DNA of 64,000 nucleotides from a virus. The notes under the pieces are model-generated. The model had not been told where the DNA came from, ran no database searches, and saw only the letters and a list, made by a program, of their open reading frames with translations. The translations under genes and the position numbers were made by a program. Numbering within the stretch: the stretch's first letter is position 1; every line of letters starts with the position of its first letter. The stretch is from the IMG/VR virus record IMGVR_UViG_3300032308_002578, positions 23,751 through 87,750 of that record; one strand, written 5' to 3'. Positions 55,951 through 64,000 of this stretch are shown here, in pieces.

Positions 55951-56210
55951 TTCGCCTACGCGAAGCAACTGAAGAACGCGAACCGGAGCACGTACTGGAC
56001 TGGTGCCGCAATTTGGTCGCCGCCCTGCGCGACGGCGGAGTCTGGGGCATTCCGCGGTCTGGTATTGTGTTTCGCGTCGACAAGAAAAATCAGCAATTGA
56101 TCCTTACCACAGGCGAGCCTGATGACGAGGATTTCCTTGCAACCAAGCGCGTCTTTAAACAAATTGGCTGGCGCGTGATTACGCTGGCCGAGTGGGAGAC
56201 CCGCGAGTAA
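55947..56210 (+). CDS. hypothetical protein
   Basis: WC......LRDGGVWGIPRSG; ATGA coupling. Confidence 0.7.
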   Translation: MIRLREATEEREPEHVLDWCRNLVAALRDGGVWGIPRSGIVFRVDKKNQQLILTTGEPDDEDFLATKRVFKQIGWRVITLAEWETRE

Positions 56211-56231
56211 ATCACTTTATGGAGGAAGTAC

Positions 56232-56573
56232 GTGCAACCCGAAACGCGCACACAAAAACTGTTTCGCCTTTGGTACGGACCGTTAACCAACGAGGAGATC
56301 GCCGAAGAACTGGGCGTCAGCCCCTACAAATTAACGCTGCTGGCAAAACAACAGCACCTGCCTAAACGCGCGCATCCGCGCTACGTCGATAACGGCAATC
56401 CGCGCCCGGGTGACCCGACGCCAGACGAAATACGCGCCGGAATTGCCGAAGTGCAAGCTGATTGGAGCGAAGACGAACGGCTCAAACGGTTCCAAGGAAA
56501 AAAGCGCGTGGCGTACATTCCGCCACAATACGAGTATGACGGCCGGGCGGTAGTTTTTAACAACATGGAGTGA
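56232..56573 (+). CDS. putative HTH protein with DPTPDEIR motif
   Basis: LTNEEIAEELGVS; GDPTPDEIR....EVQA.WS. Confidence 0.65.
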   Translation: MQPETRTQKLFRLWYGPLTNEEIAEELGVSPYKLTLLAKQQHLPKRAHPRYVDNGNPRPGDPTPDEIRAGIAEVQADWSEDERLKRFQGKKRVAYIPPQYEYDGRAVVFNNME

Positions 56574-56583
56574 CAAGTGACTT

Positions 56584-56805
56584 ATGCCAAAAGTCAGTAT
56601 TGAATTTGACTGTCCCGAGGAAAACGACGAACTCATGACAGCGCTCCACGGGATCGACTACAAGATCTTGCTGGACGCTGTCAGCCAGTGGGCAAGGAGT
56701 GCACAAAAACATGGCCACGAATTCACAACCCCAGACGCCGTCATCGAGCACGTCCGCCGGCTCATTCTCGAAGGCTGTATCGACCGAAACATCGAAGTTT
56801 ATTGA
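56584..56805 (+). CDS. hypothetical protein
   Basis: MPK..IEF..PEE..E...A.HG. Confidence 0.7.
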   Translation: MPKVSIEFDCPEENDELMTALHGIDYKILLDAVSQWARSAQKHGHEFTTPDAVIEHVRRLILEGCIDRNIEVY

Positions 56806-56812
56806 ACGGTTG

Positions 56813-57334
56813 ATGCCAGCGTGGTTGTGGTTGAACCGCCGCATATTTGCCGCGGGTTGTTTCTTTCGGCAAGTCCGCCGCGCAGCAGCCTACGCCAAGT
56901 TTGGCTGGAGCAACCACGACTTTGATAACAGTTATCTGCTGGCTGTGCTGCATTTCAAACTGCAGCGCATGTACACGTACCTGAAAAATGAGACGTACGC
57001 CAAGCAGGACAAGCACTCGTTACAAAGTCTCAGGCTCGCCGCCCGCCTCGCTGAGAAACTGAGAAACGATAGCTACAGCCACTTCCTCGACCAGCACGAC
57101 AAGAAGTGGGGCCCGCTGGACATGAAACTCACGCCTGCCGAGCACGTAGAGGGGCTGCCCGGCGGCGGGTCTGTGTGCGAATTCAGCCGGCCGAATGTGA
57201 CCAGCAAGCGAAAAGAGGCCCAAGAACGCCGGGAGTTCAAAAAGGCCGTAAACCTAGACTATGCGATGCGGGCCCGAGATGCCCGCTGGCTGTTTTCAAT
57301 TATGGAGAAATACTACCAACATTGGTGGGACTAA
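56813..57334 (+). CDS. conserved phage hypothetical protein
   Basis: W..HDFD..YLL..L.FKL..M ... LF..MEKY...WWD; start uncertain. Confidence 0.7.
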   Translation: MPAWLWLNRRIFAAGCFFRQVRRAAAYAKFGWSNHDFDNSYLLAVLHFKLQRMYTYLKNETYAKQDKHSLQSLRLAARLAEKLRNDSYSHFLDQHDKKWGPLDMKLTPAEHVEGLPGGGSVCEFSRPNVTSKRKEAQERREFKKAVNLDYAMRARDARWLFSIMEKYYQHWWD

Positions 57335-57336
57335 TT

Positions 57337-57690
57337 ATGGCAAAGAAAAACCAAGACAAGACCACACTCCGCCCAATCATCGAGGAGATCGACGGCAACG
57401 AGCAGGTTGTGTCCAAGGAAATGTGGGAAGCCCGCCGCGAGACATTGCGGGAAGAGGTCGAGGCGGCTGTCCCCGGCTTCGCGCGTGCTTGTCAGGAAGC
57501 CCACGCAGCCAAGAGCAAGGTGTTCATGCACCAGAACGCATTTGGCGCCATGTACAGCCAGCACGACATGCTGCTGCTGGGCAAGGCAATCAAGTACGCA
57601 GGGTTCTATCCAGACGCCACGATCATGATTGGCGGCGAGGCCACGTACACGCCCGACGAGAACGCAAAAAACGTTGACAATGACTACTGA
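57337..57690 (+). CDS. hypothetical protein
   Basis: ATG at 57337; 117 aa. Confidence 0.65.
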   Translation: MAKKNQDKTTLRPIIEEIDGNEQVVSKEMWEARRETLREEVEAAVPGFARACQEAHAAKSKVFMHQNAFGAMYSQHDMLLLGKAIKYAGFYPDATIMIGGEATYTPDENAKNVDNDY

Positions 57691-58093
57691 CCCAAAATGC
57701 AAAGACAGAATTACCGACTATTTGAGCGGTCGGATATCTGACCTGCAGGCGCACAAGAAAACGCTGGACGCTGGGCTCGACGATACGCCCGAACTCGGCC
57801 ATGTGTCTGACTACGGGCTGGCATTTGATTACGTGGCCAGCGGGTCGTTCAAAGACCAGCGCGAAGGCTATTTCCGCTGGCAATTGTCGTGGGGCGGCCC
57901 GAGCGATGAATTTCGCTTCTATGTAGACGGCGAAAAGAAGTGTCACCGCGTCGAGTACTGGTTTTTAGACTGGTTCGACGGGGCCAAGAGAAAGCTCAGC
58001 GGCAAGCGAGAAGCACTGCTGTTGTATTTCTTTGACTGGTTTGACGGTATGGGCGCGGTCGACAACGCATTTAACAAGGGAACGCATGAGTAA
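57680..58093 (+). CDS. conserved phage hypothetical protein
   Basis: GYFRWQLSWGGPSDEFRFY...VEYWFLDWFDGA. Confidence 0.8.
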   Translation: MTTDPKCKDRITDYLSGRISDLQAHKKTLDAGLDDTPELGHVSDYGLAFDYVASGSFKDQREGYFRWQLSWGGPSDEFRFYVDGEKKCHRVEYWFLDWFDGAKRKLSGKREALLLYFFDWFDGMGAVDNAFNKGTHE

Positions 58094-58346
58094 CGGCAAG
58101 CAAAACGGCGGTGGTTTCTGGTGGGTAGTCGCGCTCTTGTTCGGGCTGGCCACGATTCTGCAGATGCTGGGCAGCGGCAGCAGTAGCGCTGTTTCGTCAG
58201 CACCAGCCTCTGTGGATCGCGGGTCGTTTGAACACCGCTACGCCACCGAGCGGTTTAAACAGGAAGGCTACAGCGCAGAGGAGTCGCGACAGGCGGCAGA
58301 CGCTGTAATCAAGTTTCACAACGCCCAACAGAATCGGAGTAAGTGA
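58086..58346 (+). CDS. small membrane-anchored protein
   Basis: N-terminal TM helix FWWVVALLFGLATILQML. Confidence 0.7.
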   Translation: MSNGKQNGGGFWWVVALLFGLATILQMLGSGSSSAVSSAPASVDRGSFEHRYATERFKQEGYSAEESRQAADAVIKFHNAQQNRSK

Positions 58347-58642
58347 TGACGGCTGGATACGCTGACAAGAGAATCCTGCAGTGGTTAAACGCCCGGGCTA
58401 CGGCGCTGAACTACAACCGGACGCTGTATCCCGAGGCTATCGATCGGCTGCCTGCTGACGAGATCTTCGCCATCAGCCCGATCATGATTCACGAGCACGC
58501 ACAGGGCAAAGCGGTCGACCCGCATCTGCGCTGTTCAATCACGTCGGCTACAGGGCAGACAGATCTGGGTTTCGTGATGATCGACGTGCCCATGGAACTG
58601 TTCGAGACGCTGCCCAAGAAAGAAGATTTGACGGCTGTTTAA
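58343..58642 (+). CDS. hypothetical protein
   Basis: 99 aa; HEH...PHLRC. Confidence 0.7.
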   Translation: MMTAGYADKRILQWLNARATALNYNRTLYPEAIDRLPADEIFAISPIMIHEHAQGKAVDPHLRCSITSATGQTDLGFVMIDVPMELFETLPKKEDLTAV

Positions 58643-58653
58643 CCCAAGAGTGC

Positions 58654-59043
58654 GTGATGTCAAAAAAGAAAATTGGTATGCCGTCGCCGGCGACCATGGC
58701 TGCGGCTGTTCGGGCTGTTACAAAGCAGATCGAACGCGACTATTTAAGTAAATTTGATAGAAAACTTGACAATCTCGAAAAGCGCTACAAGTTATGTTTA
58801 CAGGTGATAAAGAACCCAAACATGCCAGTCGCGCAAACGAAAAAAATTCTTGCGCAGGTTTTAAAACTTGCGGAGGAGTCAAAATATGAAACGCCGGTAC
58901 CCGAAAAACGCGTTACCAAAAAGAAACGCACGCCAGCACTTGTTTTCGTGCCTGGGCACGTCCGCGTTGTAATGAAGCCGCCGGCCAAGGATGCGGCCAA
59001 GGTTAAGCCGGCCAGCAAACCGGCCAAGCGTAAAAAGAAGTAA
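58654..59043 (+). CDS. basic Lys-rich protein
   Basis: 129 aa, histone-like K/A/P tail. Confidence 0.65.
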   Translation: MMSKKKIGMPSPATMAAAVRAVTKQIERDYLSKFDRKLDNLEKRYKLCLQVIKNPNMPVAQTKKILAQVLKLAEESKYETPVPEKRVTKKKRTPALVFVPGHVRVVMKPPAKDAAKVKPASKPAKRKKK

Positions 59044-59047
59044 TTTC

Positions 59048-59131
59048 TACCCGGACAGCGTACGCATGCGTGTCCGGGTATCAATTCTGTGCCGCTCCCC
59101 TGTACAGTCTAACTGTCGGCGGAGCGGCACA
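59048..59131 (+). terminator. two tandem hairpins after a long operon
   Basis: TACCCGGACA/TGTCCGGGTA (59048-59080) and TGTGCCGCTCC/GGAGCGGCACA (59088-59131). Confidence 0.6.
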
Positions 59132-59371
59132 ATTTGCTGCTAATTGCCCGGTTTGTTTTTGCTATTGGTATTTATGCCGGTAAAAACACTGTTCCCGGCG
59201 TACCCACTGGTACTTCTTAATTACAAACTCGGTCGGCGCGGACTTCAAAACTTGTAGTATCACACCATGGTCGGGAGTAGTATCAAATACCCGGGTGATG
59301 AACGGATTTAACCTGTTTATCGCCATGGCAGTGCGCCTTTCAGTGTCGGGCGTAGTATTTTCAATTGCTGT

Positions 59372-59508
59372 GAAAGACAACCAACCCCAGAAGGGTTGTC
59401 TTTCCCCCTTGTATTTCCGTTAGGAAATACTTAAGGTCCGCGTAACTCGGACATTTTCCGTCTCGTTTCGTGTCGAAATCCTTTTTCGCTAAAGGACTTA
59501 CGACACGA
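59372..59508. other. cluster of inverted repeats in a long intergenic region
   Basis: GAAAGACAACC/GGTTGTCTTTC, GTATTTCC/GGAAATAC, TCGTGTCG..CCTTT/AAAGG..CGACACGA. Confidence 0.6.
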
Positions 59509-59691
59509 CGTCGAGTGTGCACAAAAATATGCCTGCGTTGCTCAGAGAGCCGCGCGCCGGAGACAGGGTAGCACGGAAAAAATCTCGGTCAAGCCCCGCC
59601 GCAAATTTCTCGCAATCTCTTGTCCTTGAGGGTTTTTCGTGGCTGCGCTATGCTCGGGGCTGCGCCAAACTCGTCGTCCAAGGAGGCAAGG

Positions 59692-60138
59692 ATGCCACCC
59701 ATTCGTCGCAACGTCATCGCCCGTCGAAACGATCCCTGCCCGTGTGGTAGCCAGACAAAATTCAAAAAGTGCTGCGCTTCTCGCGTGTCGTTTGTGCGGC
59801 CGCCGGCTAAACCAGTGCCGCAGTTCATCGACACCGGAGAGGCGGCGATCAGGTGGGTGATCGTCGACAACACCGGCACCAAGTTGTTCGCTGACAAAGA
59901 TAATCGGGCGCTTGTGTTCGCTAGCAAAGACGACGCATTCGCCACGGCCACGCTAGACTTGTTCGAAGCGCAAGAGCCCGGCGAGATCAACGTAGCCGGC
60001 GTGGGCGAAACTAAGTTTAAAGTCCTGCAGGAAAAGCTTCCGTACGTCGAGGTAGACGCAGCCGAGGCTGAAACGCTTGTGCTGGAACGCGCGGCAGCGT
60101 TACTGGCCGAAATCACTCCGGCGCCTGAAACACTTTAA
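59692..60138 (+). CDS. SEC-C metal-binding motif protein
   Basis: RNDPCPCGSQTKFKKCC; GGAGG RBS. Confidence 0.85.
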   Translation: MPPIRRNVIARRNDPCPCGSQTKFKKCCASRVSFVRPPAKPVPQFIDTGEAAIRWVIVDNTGTKLFADKDNRALVFASKDDAFATATLDLFEAQEPGEINVAGVGETKFKVLQEKLPYVEVDAAEAETLVLERAAALLAEITPAPETL

Positions 60139-60198
60139 AACAAAACCTGCAAATAGACTTAACTGGGACAAACCCCCTGAACATAACGTAGAAATAGC

Positions 60199-60552
60199 AT
60201 GAAAGAAATGGACCCCAAATTGGCTGAAGCGTTAGCCAAGCTCGAAGAACTTCAAAGTAACACAGACTGGCCAGCCGATATGGAACTCAACGGCTACAAG
60301 TTAGTCTGCACCTGTCCGGCTTGTCCTGAGCAGTATGACGTGCACAGCGCGGCAACTGGCGCTAAGGTGGGCTACCTGCGCCTGCGCCACGGCTGGTTTC
60401 GGGCGGATGCGCCTGCCTGCGGCGGCGAGACTGTGTACGAGTCTCGCCCCAAGGGCCGCGGCATTTTTGACGACGGCGAGCGTGTTCCAGAAATCACCAA
60501 GGCCCTCGAAGCCATTACGGCGTACTGGGCCCGCACCGGAGGCAACGACTGA
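60199..60552 (+). CDS. conserved phage hypothetical protein
   Basis: L..TC.ACPEQYDV......VGYLRLRHG.F. Confidence 0.75.
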   Translation: MKEMDPKLAEALAKLEELQSNTDWPADMELNGYKLVCTCPACPEQYDVHSAATGAKVGYLRLRHGWFRADAPACGGETVYESRPKGRGIFDDGERVPEITKALEAITAYWARTGGND

Positions 60553-60553
60553 C

Positions 60554-60862
60554 ATGACGTTTGAAGAACTGGAATTTAAGGTAACGCAGTGGGCGCACGC
60601 CCGGCAGATTATTCCGAACAGCAAGCCTGCCGCGCAACTTATGAAGACGATGTCGGAGTTAGGCGAACTGGCTGATGCTACGCTCAAGACCGACTGGGCC
60701 GAGATCGAAGACGGCGTAGGCGACGTGCTTGTAACACTTATTCTGTATTGCCGCCTGCAGGACATCGACATTGTTGCCTGCTTGGCGGGCGCCTATGCCA
60801 CGATCAAAGACCGCAAAGGCACGCTGACACCTGAAGGGATCTTCGTAAAGGACGCGTCGTGA
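60554..60862 (+). CDS. MazG-like nucleotide pyrophosphohydrolase
   Basis: QWA..R.I...QL.K..SELGELA...EIEDGVGDVLV...CL..AY..IKDRKG. Confidence 0.88.
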   Translation: MTFEELEFKVTQWAHARQIIPNSKPAAQLMKTMSELGELADATLKTDWAEIEDGVGDVLVTLILYCRLQDIDIVACLAGAYATIKDRKGTLTPEGIFVKDAS

Positions 60863-61247
60863 TTGTGTATAGCTGGTTAGCTGAGATCTGCGGCGCTGCA
60901 ATTGCGGTCGCGTTTATTTATTTCTATTTTCGCGACTACGACAGGTGAACAAGGCTTGACCCGACTGTGGCATTTCGATTGCGCCGCTACGCTGCGCGGC
61001 CTGCTGGAGCGGACGAGGTGACGCTACTGAAATCAAAAAGGGCCGCTCTTTCCGTATGAGAAAAACGACGTTTTGCGGTGGGTTTCCAATATGATCGGCG
61101 CGCTTTTGAGCGAATTTTTGCGGGCTGGTAGGCTGGCTGGGTTTGAGCGCGTTTCCCGTTATCTGGCCCATTGTAAGTCATTTCATTTCAAACCCGCCGT
61201 ACCGAGACCCGTTCAAAAGGTACAAGTGCATGTGACACGAGGTTTTT

Positions 61248-62345
61248 GTGCTCGATTTCGACTTTGCTCGATTTGTCAATAAATTCAAACTGCCCACGTG
61301 GGCGGTGGCAAAAGTCGGGCGAACGAAGAGCCAGTCTTTTGCCATCGAGTTCACACTGAGTCTGTATCGTAAATCAGGCCGCAGAGCCGTACGCCGAACG
61401 AATACGTTTCGGAAACTGTGGGCGAGCCGGCTGAAAGAATTGCTGTCTCGGCAACTCTGGACGCTCGACACCAAAGGCTGCCAAGACCCGTACCACGCGG
61501 ACTTTGACCTCAAAAAGTTCGTGCTGTCGTATCGGCGCGCGATCTGCTGCCGGCCGGCGTATCTGTATTACATGCGGAAGAAAGAATGCTCGATCAACCA
61601 TCAGATTCGCCCGTGCTGGCGGACAAAGATCTGCCCGTTCTGCTGGGCAAATATCTCGATGGCGCAGTATCGATACGTCAAAGGCTTTATTAACAAGAAA
61701 CTCAAGAAGCATGGTCATCACACTGATCTTGTGGCCGTATGTCGTGTTGTTCGGCAGTTTGTACCTGCTTACGGGTTTGATCCGCGTGTGGGCTGCGATA
61801 CGGAACAAATTATCCGCCTATCGCCGATCTTAAAAAAAGCCGTCGAACAGCACCGCAAGGCGTACGCTAAACTTGCCCGCAGCAAACAGGTCAGCCGCAA
61901 AACGACAGGCACGCTTTGGCGCATAGTCGTCATCCCCCGCGAAATGGGCTGGGATGTCGAGACGCGGCAGTTTGTGCTGGCGGAAAGAACCATAAAACGT
62001 TTGCCGCTGGTCAAGATCCGCGGCGCCAAAACCGTGTATAACGTTTCGCTGCGGCTGTCGCGTAAGGGCAAGCCGGCTGAAGAATTCGACGACGCCTTCT
62101 ACCAGTTGCTTGGCGAGTTCTGTCGGTATCCCAAGGAATTACTCACGGCAGACGCAGAATTAACGGCGACGTACCTACGCGTTGTCCACGGGCTACGGCT
62201 GCTGACGGGTACCGGCGTGTTTACCAAAACAGGTCGGGTACTGGTGAAATTTTTCCAGTCGCTGGCGCAAGAGCAAAAAATAAAGAAAGACTGCAGTGAC
62301 AAAGAAAAAGACGGAGGCGGCAAAGCGAAAGCGTCGGCAACGTAA
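61248..62345 (+). CDS. basic hypothetical protein with Cys cluster
   Basis: 365 aa, K/R-rich; CC...C.....CPFC; start uncertain. Confidence 0.65.
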   Translation: MLDFDFARFVNKFKLPTWAVAKVGRTKSQSFAIEFTLSLYRKSGRRAVRRTNTFRKLWASRLKELLSRQLWTLDTKGCQDPYHADFDLKKFVLSYRRAICCRPAYLYYMRKKECSINHQIRPCWRTKICPFCWANISMAQYRYVKGFINKKLKKHGHHTDLVAVCRVVRQFVPAYGFDPRVGCDTEQIIRLSPILKKAVEQHRKAYAKLARSKQVSRKTTGTLWRIVVIPREMGWDVETRQFVLAERTIKRLPLVKIRGAKTVYNVSLRLSRKGKPAEEFDDAFYQLLGEFCRYPKELLTADAELTATYLRVVHGLRLLTGTGVFTKTGRVLVKFFQSLAQEQKIKKDCSDKEKDGGGKAKASAT

Positions 62346-63444
62346 ACTTGATCACACGACGCCGACGATCCGCGCGCGGGTTCTTTATATTTGCGATTAT
62401 CTTTTTGGCGGCATCGTGCCGTTGTTTGCGCAGACGATTGACCTTGACGGCGCACACCTGCGGCTATGCTTGTACCACGGGTCGCGGTTTTCGCCGGCAA
62501 TGCTCGCACAAATTGTCAGCAAGACGAACATACGGGCGGAGTGGCTGTTGTGCGGCATAGGCCCGATGCTCGCGTCCGATGCGCCCGAGGGGCTTGAAAC
62601 GCTGGTTTTGCCGCGTACTCTTGGCTCGGCTTTTTCGCAGTTCGACACAAGCACGGTGCCGGCTTTACCAGTTCCGCGAGCAGTGGCGGCAAACAGCTAC
62701 GATCCGGGCGAGGTCACTCCTGCGGCTGTGGCGGCGGCACGTTGCGTGGCGGCGGCCCGCGGCGCAGACAAACCCGTATGGCTGTTCGCCGGCAAAAACG
62801 CCCTGTACGCCGGCGCCCGCCCTGTTATTACTTCTATGCTTGAGAAGAAATACGTGACAGGTGTTGGTCTGACAGCGGCCGCCGTTGAACTAGAGTTGCC
62901 GCCGTCTCCGCTGACGGACACATCGCATACCGCCAAACTGGGCGCACAGGCAGGGTTTGGTTTTGGCGAGTCGCTTTGCCGTTGGGGTGCGCCGCCGGCG
63001 ACTAGCGTATTTGTGTCCGCGCAACGCTGCAATGCGCCCATAACAGTGCATGCAGAGTTTGGCGAAGTCTGCGACCATTTTCGGGCTGGCTTGCATGGCG
63101 CTGAGATGGGTGCTGTTTTGGGCGCTGCGCTGTACGTCGATTTGCTGATATTTACTGAAAGCGTTCGCTGTTTCGCCGGCACTCCCGGCGGCGTGTGCAT
63201 TGCGCTCGGCGATGGTGCGCGGTTTGGAAACCTGTTTGTGCAGGCGTTGCAGACAAGTCAACAGGCAGGCAATGGCCCGTATCGTGACTTCTCGTTCGTG
63301 CTTGTGGACCGTGCGCCAGATGCCAGTCTGGAGCATTTGATCGGATGTAATGGCGGTCAATTTCATTTCATTCAAGGAGACCTTGCGTCAGGGGCCGATG
63401 GGCTGGCAAAAGCCTGTGACGCAGTTTTTGACGGAACCATATGA
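62296..63444 (+). CDS. HTH fused to a divergent deoxyhypusine-synthase-like domain
   Basis: N-terminal IRAEWLLCGIGPM (CI/XRE-type HTH end); C-terminal AARGADKPV...GFGFGE...SVF..A....PITVH...G.A.Y.DLLIF...GGV.I.LG. Confidence 0.6.
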   Translation: MTKKKTEAAKRKRRQRKLDHTTPTIRARVLYICDYLFGGIVPLFAQTIDLDGAHLRLCLYHGSRFSPAMLAQIVSKTNIRAEWLLCGIGPMLASDAPEGLETLVLPRTLGSAFSQFDTSTVPALPVPRAVAANSYDPGEVTPAAVAAARCVAAARGADKPVWLFAGKNALYAGARPVITSMLEKKYVTGVGLTAAAVELELPPSPLTDTSHTAKLGAQAGFGFGESLCRWGAPPATSVFVSAQRCNAPITVHAEFGEVCDHFRAGLHGAEMGAVLGAALYVDLLIFTESVRCFAGTPGGVCIALGDGARFGNLFVQALQTSQQAGNGPYRDFSFVLVDRAPDASLEHLIGCNGGQFHFIQGDLASGADGLAKACDAVFDGTI

Positions 63445-64000
63445 ATACAAAAAACAAGATGGCGGCGTCCGACAGAGTGCGGGCGCTGGCAGATAAGTTA
63501 GACACACAGGATGAGACCGAGACGCTGGAGGTTATGGCGCGGCTGATTGATGCGTTGCAATACGCGCAGGGTTACTCGTACAGCAACCCGATGATCAAGA
63601 TCGCCAATTTCGTAGCCAGCGTAGCCGACGTACCGTGGGATGCTTTACGGTTTTCGCTAACCAAGGCTGTCGCAACAAATGGGCGGGCATATAAAGTGGC
63701 TCAGCAATACGGCGCCGAGCTAAAAGACATCCCGAAGTTGTTGCTGGAAGCGGTAACGCTGTTTGCAGACTTGCTGGCTGAGAATGTCGTGGCTGACCCG
63801 GAAACGGCAGCGGCGGATATTTTTGACGCCGTGGTGGCCGAATTAGCAGAAAATTCGAAGGCTGCTCTGGCTCCGGCGCAGAAAACGCTGCCGCCGGAGA
63901 TCTACAGCCCCAAGATGGTCAACCGTGTTTTCGAGCCTGCGCCGTTTTCGATGGAACTGGCGGGCAAACTGCAGATGACGCTGGTGACCTACACGAGCAC
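63441..64000 (+). CDS. hypothetical protein (partial, runs off the window)
   Basis: ATGA overlap at 63441; frame open to the window end (MNTKNKMAASDRV...). Confidence 0.7.
   Translation, partial: MNTKNKMAASDRVRALADKLDTQDETETLEVMARLIDALQYAQGYSYSNPMIKIANFVASVADVPWDALRFSLTKAVATNGRAYKVAQQYGAELKDIPKLLLEAVTLFADLLAENVVADPETAAADIFDAVVAELAENSKAALAPAQKTLPPEIYSPKMVNRVFEPAPFSMELAGKLQMTLVTYTS

Noticed and set aside
60914-61282. Short ORFs between the MazG-like gene and 61248
   Set aside because: No RBS or recognisable motifs; mutually overlapping; likely intergenic
1-64000. Stop-codon reassignment as in some large phages
   Set aside because: Long genes are intact in the standard code, and TAA, TAG and TGA all end coupled genes

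Overview
The window looks like part of a large tailed dsDNA phage genome (myovirus/jumbo-like, standard genetic code, gene-dense, mostly + strand). A planctomycete-like host is inferred only from protein style. 1-24.1 kb is a virion module: gp25-like and baseplate-J-like genes, an embedded sigma-70 factor, five paralogous Cys-rich proteins, a 1522-aa Cys-repeat/collagen fibre, a second collagen and an Ig-like protein. 24-44 kb holds CsrA, a degenerate primase-like protein, tRNA-Thr(UGU), a GNAT, an intein-containing terminase large subunit and a DUF5664 hydrolase. 44-64 kb holds a MoxR-type AAA+/vWA pair and many small accessory genes. The standout is a terminator-bounded cassette at ~33.95-35.93 kb: a lone RAMP/Cas7-like gene, a 159-aa accessory gene, and a ~600-bp non-coding array of 5-nt GG(C/T/A)-NN units cut into 11 segments by GGCA|GG. 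It is a candidate non-CRISPR RNA-guided system in which the variable dinucleotides would carry the targeting information. All family calls come from motif recognition by eye; no searches were run.
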